DNA from: Octopus sinensis
Lineage: Eukaryota
Direction of reading: 5' to 3'
Length of the DNA stretch: 64,000 nucleotides
NCBI RefSeq assembly: GCF_006345805.1
Contig: NC_042997.1
Span: forward strand, 76,074,001 to 76,138,000
Under the pieces are notes generated by a model, which did no database searches, was not told where the DNA came from, and was given only the letters and a program-made list of their open reading frames with translations. Position numbers and translations under genes: made by a program. Position 1 is the first letter of the stretch. Every line of letters begins with the position of its first letter. Below are positions 36,688 to 49,609 of the stretch, one piece after another.

Positions 36688-37714
36688 CGTGTGCATGTAT
36701 ATATACATATATTTATAATGCTATTTGCCAATATAATGCAGCTGTCCTGAAAAGGATGATGTTACTGTTGTTTTAGCCCCGAGAAACATCATTTCTAGCT
36801 GACTATATGACAAACTATGTGTCTTTATATTTTCAAACAGGGAGCTCAGCACTCCCATCCTGCGCGAAACAACATCTGTGGACTAGTTTCTGGGTTACTG
36901 GCTCCTCTTAACACAGAGTAGCTGCTTGGCTGGATGGCACTGCTGAATTCACCATTCAAACATATAGTTCCCAAAGTGATACGCAGCCACTGATATAATA
37001 GCTCCTGTCAAGGACTCTTCATTGGGCTTCGGGCCCCACAACGACGCTTTATGCATTGAGTACATATTAAACTTTAACAACAATTTTCAAGCAAGGAACA
37101 ATTTTCATCAACTCAATGATATAATTTGTTTACTTGGAACTTATTGGAAACCTGCATGATAAATAACATTTTTTGTCTTCCAATTAGGGGGTCAGTACAA
37201 TTTTTTTTTCTGTCTAACCTCTTTCTTTCTCTCTTTCATTCTGTTGATTGTTTTCAACCATCACCATAACTGCCATGCACGCACCATTCAGACCTCTCAT
37301 GCCACCACCAGTACATTTGACATTGCTGCCTTATCCGCCACCACCATCACCACTGTCTTTCACATCACTTACTATCACCATCATCCCAGACTGCCTCAGC
37401 TACCACCACCATCATAACCATCACCTCTTTCACAACAACAGCTCATACTATTACTATCATCCTATTCACCATCACAACCTGCAATCTACTACTGCTATAC
37501 ATACTATTACTCTCACCTCAATCTACTATCACTATGCCTATTGTCACTCTCACCTCAGCAGGAGGGATAGTAGAATGGTCATTGAATAGTGAGAGAGGTG
37601 GGGGTCAAAGTGTGAAACACTAACACACAGAAATTCCTTTTGGCATTTCTTATTATAGATATGATATATCTATAATATATATGTACAAATATATAATATT
37701 ATAATATACAAATA

Positions 37715-37754
<40 letters not shown>

Positions 37755-37840
37755 ATTCCAGACAAAACCACTATTTTGCAAAACAAACAAGGAAAGACTT
37801 AATCAATACATAAAAATTTTTAATATAAAGAAATAAACCG

Positions 37841-37883
37841 CCACTACAATCGTTTCATGTCTTCAATGACATTCGTCAGGTGG
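37841..37883 (-). ncRNA. minimal type I hammerhead ribozyme
   Basis: ccac CTGACGA atgtc-attgaa-gacat GAAA cgattg TA gtgg. Confidence 0.8.
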
Positions 37884-38391
37884 ATTTTCGATCTAAAATA
37901 TCAATATATTAAAATAATAAAATTATCAATGAAAAATATAAATATATATAACCTATATATAATCTATATATAATCAATATATAATCTAAAATAAACCCTA
38001 TAAACAATTGAATATAAAGAAACCTATTATTAAAGTTCTCATATTTAAAGATGTACAAAAAACAAAAAACAAAAAAAAAAAAACAAAAACAAAATAAAAA
38101 TAAACTATATATACACACATGCTCAAACACTTATAACTAAATATATATAACCATATCTAAATACATACACTAACTCACACGTCTAGGCAACAATAAATGA
38201 ATAAATTAAAAAAATAGCCAAATACTTCAACACATTACTTATTCTTACTCCCTCACACACACATACAACCCACAGTCATAAACAATATACATATACCCGC
38301 TCACACATACATATACATACATACAGAACTCGATATATACACCAATATATTCACACCCACACCCATACAGATAAATAAATTACGCAAACAA

Positions 38392-38426
<35 letters not shown>

Positions 38427-39932
38427 TAAACACTCAAAAGAAAATAAACAATTCTCGAACGTTTTTTTTGATCAAACATTTTTTTTTTAAATTATAAATG
38501 GAAAGAATGGAATAATATTTAATCAACGTAAAAATACAGAATTTACTCCAAAATCATTAATAAACCAATCATGATAATGAAACCCATATATACATATAAT
38601 GATAAAACACCCTTTACCATACACAATCATCCCTATATAGCAATCCCCATAATACATTCACACACAAAACTACACATACGTAAAACACACACCCATAACA
38701 TATACATATACCCCCTCACATATACATATACATACGTACTAAACTCGATATATACAACAATATATTCACACCCACACCCATATAGATAAATAAATTACAC
38801 AACCAAGTACGCACACACACACACATTTACACATACATAAACACTCAAAAGAAAAACAACATATCTACACATAATACGATTTGCGCGTGTAGAGCGTATG
38901 TTATTCAAAATTATGAATGGAATAATATTTTAAACACTTAAACAGACAGAAATTATTACAAATTCTTTAATAAAACTACCATGATAAACGAAAACTCATA
39001 TTTACATATAACAATAAAATCTCCCTTTACTAAACACTATAACATACCTATATAGCAATCCCCCTATCTATACATTCACACACAAATACACACACGTAAA
39101 ACACACACCCACTACATATACATATACCCACTCCACTCACACATACATACGTACAAACCTCGATATATACATCAAAATATTCACTCCCACACCCATACAA
39201 ATAAATAAATATACGCACACACACACACATTTACACATACATAAACACTCAAAAGAAAAACAACATATCGACACATAATACGATATATAAAATACTCCAT
39301 AAGTAACCAGATTATCATAAGTAACAAGATTAACATAAGGAGAAAAAAATACATACCTCCTAATCTGTTTTAATTTATGAAGTGAATTCAAACTCTAGCC
39401 GTTATAACTTTAAACAAGATTACGTTACCATAGGAACCGAACATATTTATAAAAATTCTTAGCTCGGTGAACGAACGTCATTTAAAATTATGAATGGAAC
39501 AGAATGGAATTATAAAATTCTTTGCACGTGGAGAACGAACGTTATTCAAAATTATGTGTATGTATAGAGATATATATATTGGTGTGTGAGTTAGTGTATG
39601 TATTTAGATATGGTTATATATATTTAGTTATATGTGTTTGAGCATGTGTATATATAGTTTATTTTTATTTTATTTTGTTTTTGTTTTTTGTTTTTGTTTT
39701 TGTTTTTTTGTTTTTTTGGGGTTTTTTTTTGTATTTTTGTGTTTTGTATTTTGTTTTTTGTACATCTTTAAATATGAGAACTTTAATAATAGGTTTCTTT
39801 ATATTCAATTGTTTATAGGGTTTATTTTAGATTATATATTGATTATATATAGATTATATATAGGTTATATATATTTATATTTTTCATTGATAATTTTATT
39901 ATTTTAATATATTGATATTTTAGATCGAAAAT

Positions 39933-39975
39933 CCACCTGACGAATGTCATTGAAGACATGAAACGATTGTAGTGG
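39933..39975 (+). ncRNA. minimal type I hammerhead ribozyme (identical to 37841-37883)
   Basis: ccac CTGACGA atgtc-attgaa-gacat GAAA cgattg TA gtgg. Confidence 0.8.
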
Positions 39976-40199
39976 CGGTTTATTTCTTTATATTAAAAAT
40001 TTTTATGTATTGATTAAGTCTTTCCTTGTTTGTTTTGCAAAATAGTGGTTTTGTCTCGAATTATATTATATAATATTTTACTATAAAATTGGATTTAATC
40101 CTAAATCTGATTTTTCCCTGTAAATTTGGATTTATTCTTTAATATTTATTATTATATATTATTATATATATATTATTATATATATATGTAATTAATGTA

Positions 40200-43100
40200 A
40201 TAGATGATACTACTACCACCAATACTATTACTATTGATAGGAATATCGTCAATAATGATAAATCAAATCATTCGTTGAATTTGGGATTGGATGGTAAAAA
40301 TAATTGTAACACTACTAATGTGAATGGTGTTACAGGAATGTGGACCAATGTTAGATTACCCCAACCTGTTGATAACTGTAATTTCAGAAACAGAAATGTG
40401 TGTTTGGTAATCAATGCCTCAGGAAGAAGGTAGTTTATCAATGCACTGTGGATACACAATTTAGTAGTAGGGTATACATCGGAGCAACTATGAATAGCAT
40501 GAAACAGAGACTTAATTATCATAGATATACTTTTAGAAATAAAAATAGGATGTACTCTACGGGGTTAAGTGCAAAATCTAAGTAAAAACTTAGATTTTAA
40601 ATTAAATTGGAAAATACTAACTTCTGCACCTGTGTATAATGGAAAAAATAAAAAATGCTCTCTATGTATTAATGAAATTTTTTTCATTATCAAAGCGGGT
40701 AGGCCTATTATTAATAACATAAATGAAAAAAAATTTTTTGCATTCACAAACTACCGTACACTTTCTCTAGATTTAAATAGAACTTAGCTTTTCACTAGTA
40801 ATATTTAACTCCCTTCTGCATCTTATTATACTAGTAGTCTTCTACAATTTTAAAACATGCAACTTATAAATTTATAATTTTATATAATTTTGTAGCTACA
40901 CATGTATATAAATATATATGTCCTGTATTAATTGTTTTTTGTTTATGTTTTTTTGTCTTGGTTTATAAGGGAAATACACTGCGGCAAGAAAGAATATATT
41001 CATTTTGGTATATGCACAGTAATATGATATTCTTGGAGTTTTCTAAAATTACAGAGTGTGTATGAATATCATAGTTAGATACCTGGTTTTAGATACTGTA
41101 ATACTAATATGTAATAAATGAGAGTCTATATTGGATTTTGTTTGTTTTGGTTGAGTATATGGGTTTTTGCAGGTTTTTATTTGGCAGGCTTATATATTGT
41201 ATATTTAGTGTATCTTTGTACTCACCTAAATTTGTATCTTATGCTATTTATTAATAAACCTATTCATTTACTCACATTTGGCTTTATACATATTAGCAGT
41301 CTTATATATTTAGTTTATATTTGTACTCATCTTGATTTGTACATTATGTTATTCATCTATTTATTTTTTTACTCATTATCTATAGGTAAAAGTTTACATA
41401 ATAGTAACCTGTATACTAAGTTTATATATGTACTTTCTTCAATATATATCTTCACTTTATTTTGTTATTTATTTACCTATATACTCTTTTATGCATATGT
41501 GGATATATGCATATTAGCATTACTATATATTAGGTGTACCTGTGTATTTATCTGAATTTGTTTTCTATGGTATCTATCTATTTATTTAGTCATTTACTTA
41601 TTTATTTATTTATTTAAATGTAGATATATACATACATATCAATTATTTATTTTAATAATATATGGATACATGTATACTAGTTTGTACTTATACTCTCTTT
41701 GTATTTTTAATTATTTCTTCTTATTTATTTTATCACATTTTAATCTTAAGTAATTACAATTATTAACTTATAATTAATTTAATTTTTGTTATTTACTTAT
41801 ATACCATTTTATTGGTAAGTCCTCCACTGATATTATTTAATGCCAAATCCTGTTAATTATTACATTTGTATCTATGTGTCCACTGATGCTTAAAAGTATA
41901 TTTATATATAAGTACTATGAATGTTTACACACACGTCACATGTGAAAATATACGGTGTGTATGTGTATGTCTGTTGTTACACATGAGTATACTTATGGGC
42001 ATGTATATGTGAGTGTAATTCTATTAGTTCGTAGGTTAGGTTTTTTGATGGATAAATATTAGTATTATAATGGCATTGGATTTATTACGTAGAAATGATA
42101 TCTATTTATGCTATAAAGAATTTTTTGTCTTGTTTTGTTTGTTTACATATCCTAGAATATTTGCGTATTTTGACTTCTTACAATTAATCTCTTATAATTT
42201 AATTGCTATAAACCGATGTCAACTTAGTATATGTATGTTTCTATGTCTTTTGATAGTCAAACAAAAATGTTTAATCTATACTTTATAACTTAGCGTATAT
42301 TTGATTATAACAAATTGCGGTGAAGTCAGTAAACGTTATGTTATGTAATACTATGACTACGGAAAATACGGTGTCATATGAATTGTGTACCTTATGAAAA
42401 ATTACATTCTGTCTTGATATAATTATATGTATCTTTACAATAAATATTTTATGGAAATATGTGAGTGGATCTTCTCAGTTAATACAGCGGCATTGTTGTC
42501 GTTTTGGAGGGGCTTGATGGCTGCATAGTTACGATTATACCTCTTATATTATTTATTTATTTATGTTTTTGGCTGTGTTTGTGGCTATGTATGTGTATGA
42601 GTGTATGTGTGTGTGTATACATATAATTATGTATGTATGTGCGATGGATCTGTGGATGTGCATGTGCGTATGTGCGTTTCTTGACTAACTAACCGTAAAA
42701 TTTCCTTTGTGATTCAAATTTAAAACTATAAGCCAATCGAATCAATCTAGAATAATCAATATCAAGCGGACAGAGGAATTAGACTTATAGATATGTAGAT
42801 GTCCGATTGATGTACTTGGTACAGTCATGGTTGTATTTATTATTATTATTATTATTAATATTAATAGTAATTTTTATTGACTTTTGTAGGGTTATAATTT
42901 TATGAACTGAACTGTGTGTTTTTTTATTATTTTTTATGTATATATGTCTGATTTAAATTTAAATGTGAGTGTGTATATATTTTCCTTGAGGTTAGTTATG
43001 GAACTAGGAGTCCAATATGTAGAATAACTGTGTTTGTTAATGTATATTGATATATTTTGTTTATTTTGTATTATTGTATTAATGAGTATATATATATATG

Positions 43101-43400
43101 TGTAGTATTATGAGTGTCTATGCACACATTTTTCTATTTTATATTTTTATATTTATATGTAAAAAAATTTTTTCACACTTATATTAAATTAAATTCTCTG
43201 AAGAGGCCATGGGACATCCTTGTTAATGTCTCATTTATACCTGCCTTATATGGCTTATAGGTTAAATGAGGCATACTTGTCCTCATGGCCGAAACAGCCG
43301 TCAGATATGATATAATTATATATTATATTTTATATCTTATATTTCTATTTCCTTGTCTAATTATATTTACAATATATTTTGTATAATGCCTTTGCTGTTA
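40200..43400 (+). mobile_element. 5'-truncated Penelope-like element: GIY-YIG remnant, ~2.4-kb AT-rich putative 3' UTR and terminal HHR
   Basis: KVVYQCTVDTQFSSRVYIGATMNSMKQRLNYHRYTFRNK...YSTGLS; NWKILTSAPVYNGKNKKCSLCINE. The link between coding remnant and HHR is inferred from co-orientation. Confidence 0.7.
43195..43305 (+). ncRNA. type I hammerhead ribozyme with 86-nt extended stem II
   Basis: tct CTGAAGA ggccatg-ggaca...tgtcc-t-catggcc GAAA cagccg TC aga. Confidence 0.78.
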
Positions 43401-43488
43401 TGTAATGGTGTAATAAAGTATTGATTGGGTATTATCTGATGGTTGATGTTTGATTGATTTAAGTATATTTCTCCATTTTCTAATTTTG

Positions 43489-43519
<31 letters not shown>

Positions 43520-43607
43520 CATATATAATGTATTTTTTCTTTTCTTTTCCCACTCTAGTTTCAGCTCAGAGCTGCGGCCATGCTGATGCACCGCCGTTTT
43601 ATATATA

Positions 43608-43987
43608 TCTCTCTATATATAAAGCTAAAGTTGTCTGTGTATGGCAGGTTTGGTAGCCTTCAACTAACACTATCTCCTCCGAGACCCTGCAGCACAAATT
43701 GACCAAAATTGAGAGAGTGATAGAAGAAGGCTTGTTCTTTATTCCGTAGAAGAAAAAATTCAAATCACACCATGTTAAGACCAAAAATTATTGACATAAA
43801 AAAGGTGCTTTTTTTCTATGAAAATCCCTATTTTTTTATGATTTTTTAACTGCTGTGTCACCATTTTTCGGTGTATTTCAACCAGAAAAATGTTCACTTA
43901 AGCTACATAATGTAAAATTTTACTTTTCAAAAATTCCATTTCTAAAGGGTCAAAACAAATCCGAGCAACGCCGGGCGATACTGCTAG
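43608..43987 (+). mobile_element. non-autonomous Helitron
   Basis: A|TC...CTAG|T ends; subterminal ccgagcaacgccggg hairpin like that of 10164-10993. Confidence 0.75.
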
Positions 43988-44013
43988 TATATATATACAT
44001 ATATTTATACATA

Positions 44014-44508
44014 CATTTACCCTATCTTTCCTGGACTGTGCATAGTTTCTGCAATCTTATGTAAATAAAATAAAATAATTTTAATTAACAACTGGCATTG
44101 CTTCGTCAGCAGGATGCCAGGGCTCACATATAGATCCATGTCTATATGTGAGCAACTATTAGTGGCTTGGAGTTTTATATATATATATAAATACAGTGTA
44201 CATTTAAACACATAAGAGATGACCATAACAGGACATCTGACTCACTAGAAAGAGCAGTTAAAGTCTATATGTGAGCCCTGGCATCCTGCTGATGAAGCAA
44301 CGCCAGTTGTTAATTAAAATTATTTTATTTTATTTACATAAGATTGCAGAAACTATGCACAGTCCAGGAAAGATAGGGTAAATGTTTTTATTTTTCATTC
44401 CCTTTCAGAATTGCAACATTTAGTGGTTTGGAGTTTTAACTGCTCTTTCTAGTGAGTCAGATGTCCTATTATGGTAATCTCCTATGTGTTTAAATGTACC
44501 TTGTATTT
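44014..44508. repeat. complex interleaved inverted repeats (44014-44133/44265-44384 and ~44189-44262/44435-44508)
   Basis: direct reverse-complement matches. Confidence 0.9.
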
Positions 44509-44753
44509 TTCTATGAATAATATATAGTCTATTGACTAAATTTTTTCGTTCTTGCTAGACCACTAGTAGCAAAGAATTTTTCTATAAATTTTTCCTGCTA
44601 CCCTAAGATTTTTTAATTTTTTAAATATATATATATATACACATATATATATATATACACACATATATATATATATACACACATATATATATATATATAC
44701 ACACACACACATATATATATATATTATATATATATATATATATATACACACAC

Positions 44754-44826
<73 letters not shown>

Positions 44827-44859
44827 TATATATTATATATACACACACACACACATATA

Positions 44860-44933
<74 letters not shown>

Positions 44934-44954
44934 ATACACACACACATATATATG

Positions 44955-45140
44955 GTCAGTCGGCATGATAGATCGTTAGCCACTACACACATTTTTTTCT
45001 CTCCTTGTTTTTTCTGTGTCCCTTTCTGTAGAAGAGCATAGGCTCGAAACATAAAAGACTTTTTCTATTCCTGAGCATTATACTAATACATCTGTTTGTT
45101 TTGTACACCACCTGTCTTCATCTTTTGTTTTTTTTTCGTA
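44955..45140 (+). mobile_element. short repeat-like element containing a variant HHR-like motif (45022-45057)
   Basis: cttt CTGTAGA a gagc-atag-gctc GAAA ca TA aaag. Confidence 0.45.
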
Positions 45141-45309
45141 AACTCTCCATATATATATATAATACACACATGCATATATATATATATATAATACACACAT
45201 GCATATATATATATATATATATATACCTTACTTGGAAGTGGATGCGTGGCTTTCGATCATATAATAACAAAATAATATATAAAACATATGCATATATACA
45301 TATATCTAC

Positions 45310-45645
45310 AAGGTGCTCAGTGGTTAGAGCGTCGAGCTTACGATCGTGAGGTTGTGAGCTCGAATCCCGGACCGGGCTGCGTGTTGTGTTCTTGAGCAAG
45401 GCACTTTATTTCACGTTGCTCCAGTTCACTCAGCTGTAGAAATGAGTTGCGACGTCACTGGTGCCAAGCTGTATCGACCTTTGTCTTTCCCTTGGATAAC
45501 ACTGGTGGTGTGGAGAGGGGAGGCTGGTATGCATGGGCGACTGCTGGTCTTCCATAAACAACCTTGCCCGGACTTGTGTCTAGGAGGGTAACTTTCTAGG
45601 TGCAATCCCATGGTCACTCATGACCGAAGGGGGTCTTTACCCATT
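45310..45645 (+). mobile_element. tRNA-derived SINE
   Basis: gctcagtggttagagc (A box), gagctcgaatcccgg (B box), tgtgttcttgagcaaggcacttta central domain. Confidence 0.8.
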
Positions 45646-45667
45646 TATATCTACATACCTACATATA

Positions 45668-45980
45668 TGGGTACAGGACACCAAAAAAAAAAACGTTGAA
45701 CGCAATGAGAAATGAAAACATAAAAACAAAAACATGGAAACGGTCTTTTTTACAAACAATGAAAATACAGAGTACAAGACATACAACACAAAGAATATTC
45801 CCCTTCTTCAGTTGCCCCTGTTTCGGCTACTCCGCGTTTCGAAGGTAAGGGCAACTGAAGAAGTGGAATATACCTTGTGTTGTATGTCTTGTACTCTGTT
45901 TTTTCGTTGTTTGAAAAAAAAGTCCGTTTCCATGTTTTCGTTTCTCATCGAGTTCAACGTTTTTTTGGTGTCCTGTACCC
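45668..45980. repeat. foldback (~145-bp arms, ~30-nt loop)
   Basis: gggtacaggacaccaaaa...cttcttcagttgccc / gggcaactgaagaag...ttttggtgtcctgtaccc. Confidence 0.9.
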
Positions 45981-46053
45981 ACATATGCATGTATATATAC
46001 ATATAGATATAGGTAAGTACATATATGTATGTATATATGCATATGTTTTATAT

Positions 46054-49000
46054 TGTTATGGAGGTAAGAAAAAGGAAACAGACAGAAAAACACTATGCCC
46101 CTTGTTCCATTAGTTGGAAATGAACCGGCGCTCCAGTTGTTCAGGACAGTGGTATTTTCCTTTGTCCTGTCAACGAGCACGGTAATTAATGATCTTAAGA
46201 AGCGAACTTTGATCACAACACGGTCAAGGAGAGTTTATAAAAAAAATTTAAATGCTACCCTTTAAAAATGCGACTGGCATTGGGGTTAGTAGTCAGTTGG
46301 CGAAAGAGGGTCAGTCGATGCGGAACAGCGGAGCGAATAAGAGATGGTGGAGATGGCGAGAGGCAGTGACAACGATGAGAAAGACAGACAGTGAATGTGA
46401 GAAATGACAAGCGAGAGGAAGTAAGGAAGATGACAGTGAAGGGGGCAGATAGAAGTCGAACTGATATAGTAGGAGTAGCGAGTTAAGAGGACATTGCTGA
46501 TATGAAATTAAGGGAAGAAAAAAATGTTCTGGTAAATGTTGTTTTTTTCTGTATGTTTAGAACTTTGATGTTGGAATGTAAAAGAAGGGGAAACTTTGAT
46601 GTGTTAAATGTGTTAAATCTTTCAAGAAAGAAAGGAAAGACTCTGTGACGTAGACTGTAGAAAAGAAAGAAGAGAAAAGAAAAAGAAAGAGACTGTTAAT
46701 TGATTTGTTTTGAAGGATCGAACTCTGTATTGTATTGAACGTTAACTGATTGTTTTTGGACTTTGTAGTATGTTTAAATGTATTTATTCGAACTGTGTTA
46801 TGTTTAAATGCAACTGATTGTCTTTCAAACTCTGTCAAATGTGTGTTAACCTTTGTTGTTAAATGCTTTTGTTTAAAAGCAAAAAATTGTTAAACTACGC
46901 AACCTCCGCTGTGTCTGCCTCTTTTGTTGTTGTCTTGGTTTCTGGCTATGTTCGCTGGACTTGGTGGAGACGTGAGTGGGTAGCCAGACCAGAGAGAAAG
47001 AGATCTCACTGGCCATGATTGTGGAGATGCTGAAGGATCAGAGAACACAGCTAGACACATTCATGGGAAGGCTTGAGAAAAGGCAACAGGGCTTACGGGA
47101 AGATGCCCAGGTGCTTGAGGATGCAGATGGGTCAGCTTTGGAGGATGAGTGTTTGACATGTGGTAAGGGTGGTCACGTGGGTGGAGATTGCCCGGCAAGT
47201 GCGAAAGAAAATCAAGAAGGTGACCCAGAGGAACTTTGTGTTGTTAAATCTGAAGAGACTACTGAGTCTGAGGTTGCTGAACTTAAAGTTGCTGTAGCTG
47301 TTCCATGTCTTAAAACTGGATCCCTGTCTCCCGGGACACAGGATGACTGTATGGTGCCCATTGGGGAGAAGCCACAGGCATGGATAGACTGTTGGCTGAA
47401 CATGCGTTCCAGGAAGCCTTCGATGCAGAAGGCAGTAAAGAGGACCAAGCCTGGTAACAAGGCGAGACGGCTGTGGACGATGGTAGGACCACCAAGGTCA
47501 AGAAGACTGCTTCAGTGTCGGGTGAGCTTTGTATTTGATGGCTGCTTGGGGCTGGTGGAGCCCAACAGGCAGTGCACGGTGAAAGCTCAAGTGAGGGTCG
47601 GGCGGACCCTGGTAGAGGCAGGAGCTGACAGAGCGCTGGTTGGGTCAGCCAATTTATCGGAAGTGGCACAAGCGATTTGTAGAGGGCAAATCGAGGGACT
47701 GTGCTAGGTGGTGGACCAGCAGTGGGGTCAGTTGTGTCACTACAGGAGGGCAGTTGAAGGAGGTAGTGGTCTGCCTGTGCAGTTGCAGAAGCGGTTCGCA
47801 AGGAGTCGCCGGTGCTTGGAGGGTACTCAGGTGTTGCGGAGGAAGCAACTGTTGGTGAGGTCTGCAGGACATTGGTCGCAAGGTGTGTAGGATGTTGGTC
47901 GCACGGACCTGGCAGAGCGCTATATCGACCCGGGTGGCCATCGCTCAATGAAGCAGTGAGCTCGGAGGATGGTCCCAGTTCGGCAGTGGGAAATGAAGGG
48001 AGATCGATGACAGGGAGCAGTGAAAAGGCCGAGCAGTCCCTGGTCGTCAGCAATTTTTGTGCAGAATGGAGACGACACAGCAAGATGTTACGTGGGCTAC
48101 AAAGCGCTGAGGGAGGTAGCTGCCGTGAAGGATTAGCCAGTCCCTGCTTGAGTGAGGGAGTTGAGGAGTTTCCTCGGACTGTGCACCTATTATAGGTGCC
48201 TCATAGGAAGCTTTACGATGTGGGCTGCACCATTACACAAGATATAGAGGAAAGATGCCGATTTATAGCCAGTGGTAAAGTGGCTACCCAAGGAAACCTC
48301 CAGTTACATAAAACATCTGCAGGAGAGGCTGACTGGGGTACACCAACAGGTTAAAGAAGCTCTGAAGTTTTCGGGTGAGGTGATGAAGCGTCGGCATGAC
48401 ACCAGGACTGGTGACGTCTTCTCCATAAATCGAGCAGACGAACCATCCGTCAGGGAACCAGGGGTCTGGCCAGTTCAGCTGGAGCACACTTTCGGAGATT
48501 GGGCTCACACGTTGAGAAGGTCATCTGGAGATACGACTGTAGTGTGCTTTTGTCGGGTCGACAAAAAGATTAGGGAGGGAGTAGTGTTATGGAGGTAACA
48601 AAAAGGAAACAGACAGAAAAACACTATGCCCCTTGTTCCATTAGTTGGAAATGAACCAGCACTCCAGTTGTTCAGGACAGTGGTATTTTCCTTTCTCCTG
48701 TCAACAAGCACGGTAATTAATGATCTTAGGAAGCGATCTTTGATCCCAACACGGTCAAGGAGAGTTTATAAAAATATAAAAATGCTACCCTTTAAAAATG
48801 CGTTTGGCATTGGGGTTAGTAGTCAGTTAGTGAGAGAGGGTCAGTCGATGCGGGACAGCCAGCCAGAAGTGTGAGCGGAGCAGACAAGGGAGTGGATGGA
48901 GATGGTGGAGATGGCGAGAGGCAGCGACAACGATGAGAAAGACAGACAGTGAATGTGAGAAATGACAAGCGAGAGGAAGTAAGGAAGATGACAGTGAAGA

Positions 49001-49606
49001 GGGCAGATAGAAGCCGAACTGATATAGTAGGAGTTGCGAGTCAAGAGGACGTTGCTGATGTGAAATTAAGGGAAGAAAAAAATGTTCTGGTAAATGTTGT
49101 TTTTTTCTGTATGTTTTGAACTTTGATGTTGGAATGTAAAAGGGGAAACTTTGAGGTGATAAATGTGTTAAATCTTTCAAGAAAGAAAGGAAAGACTCTG
49201 TGACGTAGACTGTAGAAAAGAAAGAAGAGAAAAGAAAAAGAAAGAGAGTGTTAATTGATTTGCTTTGAAGGATCGAACTCTGTATTGTGTTGAACGTTAA
49301 CTGATTGTTTTTGGACTTTGTAGTATGTTTAAATGTATTTGATTTGGTTATTCGAACTGTGTTATGTTTAAATAACCTTTGTTGTTAAATGCTTTTGTTT
49401 TAAAGACAAAAAATTGTTAAACTACGCAACTTCCGCTGTGCCTGTATCTTTTGTTGTTGTTGTCTTGGTTTCTGGCTGCATTTGCTGCCTTTCCTTTTCC
49501 CCCGCTTTCCATGGCGGACTTCCAGTTTCACTGAGCGTCGTCGTCGTCGCGACTTAGGGCCTGTGGTGGAATCGGAAGGCCTAGGGCTCGAGCGCACGAC
49601 ATAACA
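46054..49606 (+). mobile_element. internally deleted Gypsy LTR retrotransposon, 4-bp TSD ATAT
   Basis: LTRs 46054-~46960 (3' end deleted) and 48585-49606 (TGTTATG...CATAACA). PBS-like tggtggag ~46962; PPT tagggagggagtag. Gag CCHC CLTCGKGGHVGGDC; RT remnant LRSFLGLCTYYR; integrase tail HLQERLTGVHQQVKEAL. Confidence 0.88.
46976..47707 (+). pseudogene. Gypsy gag-like ORF with CCHC zinc knuckle
   Basis: C-X2-C-X4-H-X4-C directly downstream of the PBS. Confidence 0.65.
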
Positions 49607-49609
49607 ATA

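Larger units (their letters stand above)
37744..40070. mobile_element. non-coding foldback element: near-identical inverted arms 37744-38180 / 39584-40070, each with an HHR, around three ~410-bp tandem units
   Basis: The arms are reverse complements apart from a (CAAAAA)n tract. Tandem units are marked by cccacacccata.a.ataaataaat at ~38355, 38770 and 39185. No ORF. Confidence 0.8.

Noticed and set aside
41118-41555. 145-aa hydrophobic ORF resembling a membrane protein
   Set aside because: AT-rich low complexity within the putative PLE 3' UTR, with no recognisable domain or splice context.
44280-44312. ctgatgaagcaacgccagttg as a hammerhead
   Set aside because: No GAAA in either inverted copy and no stem I.
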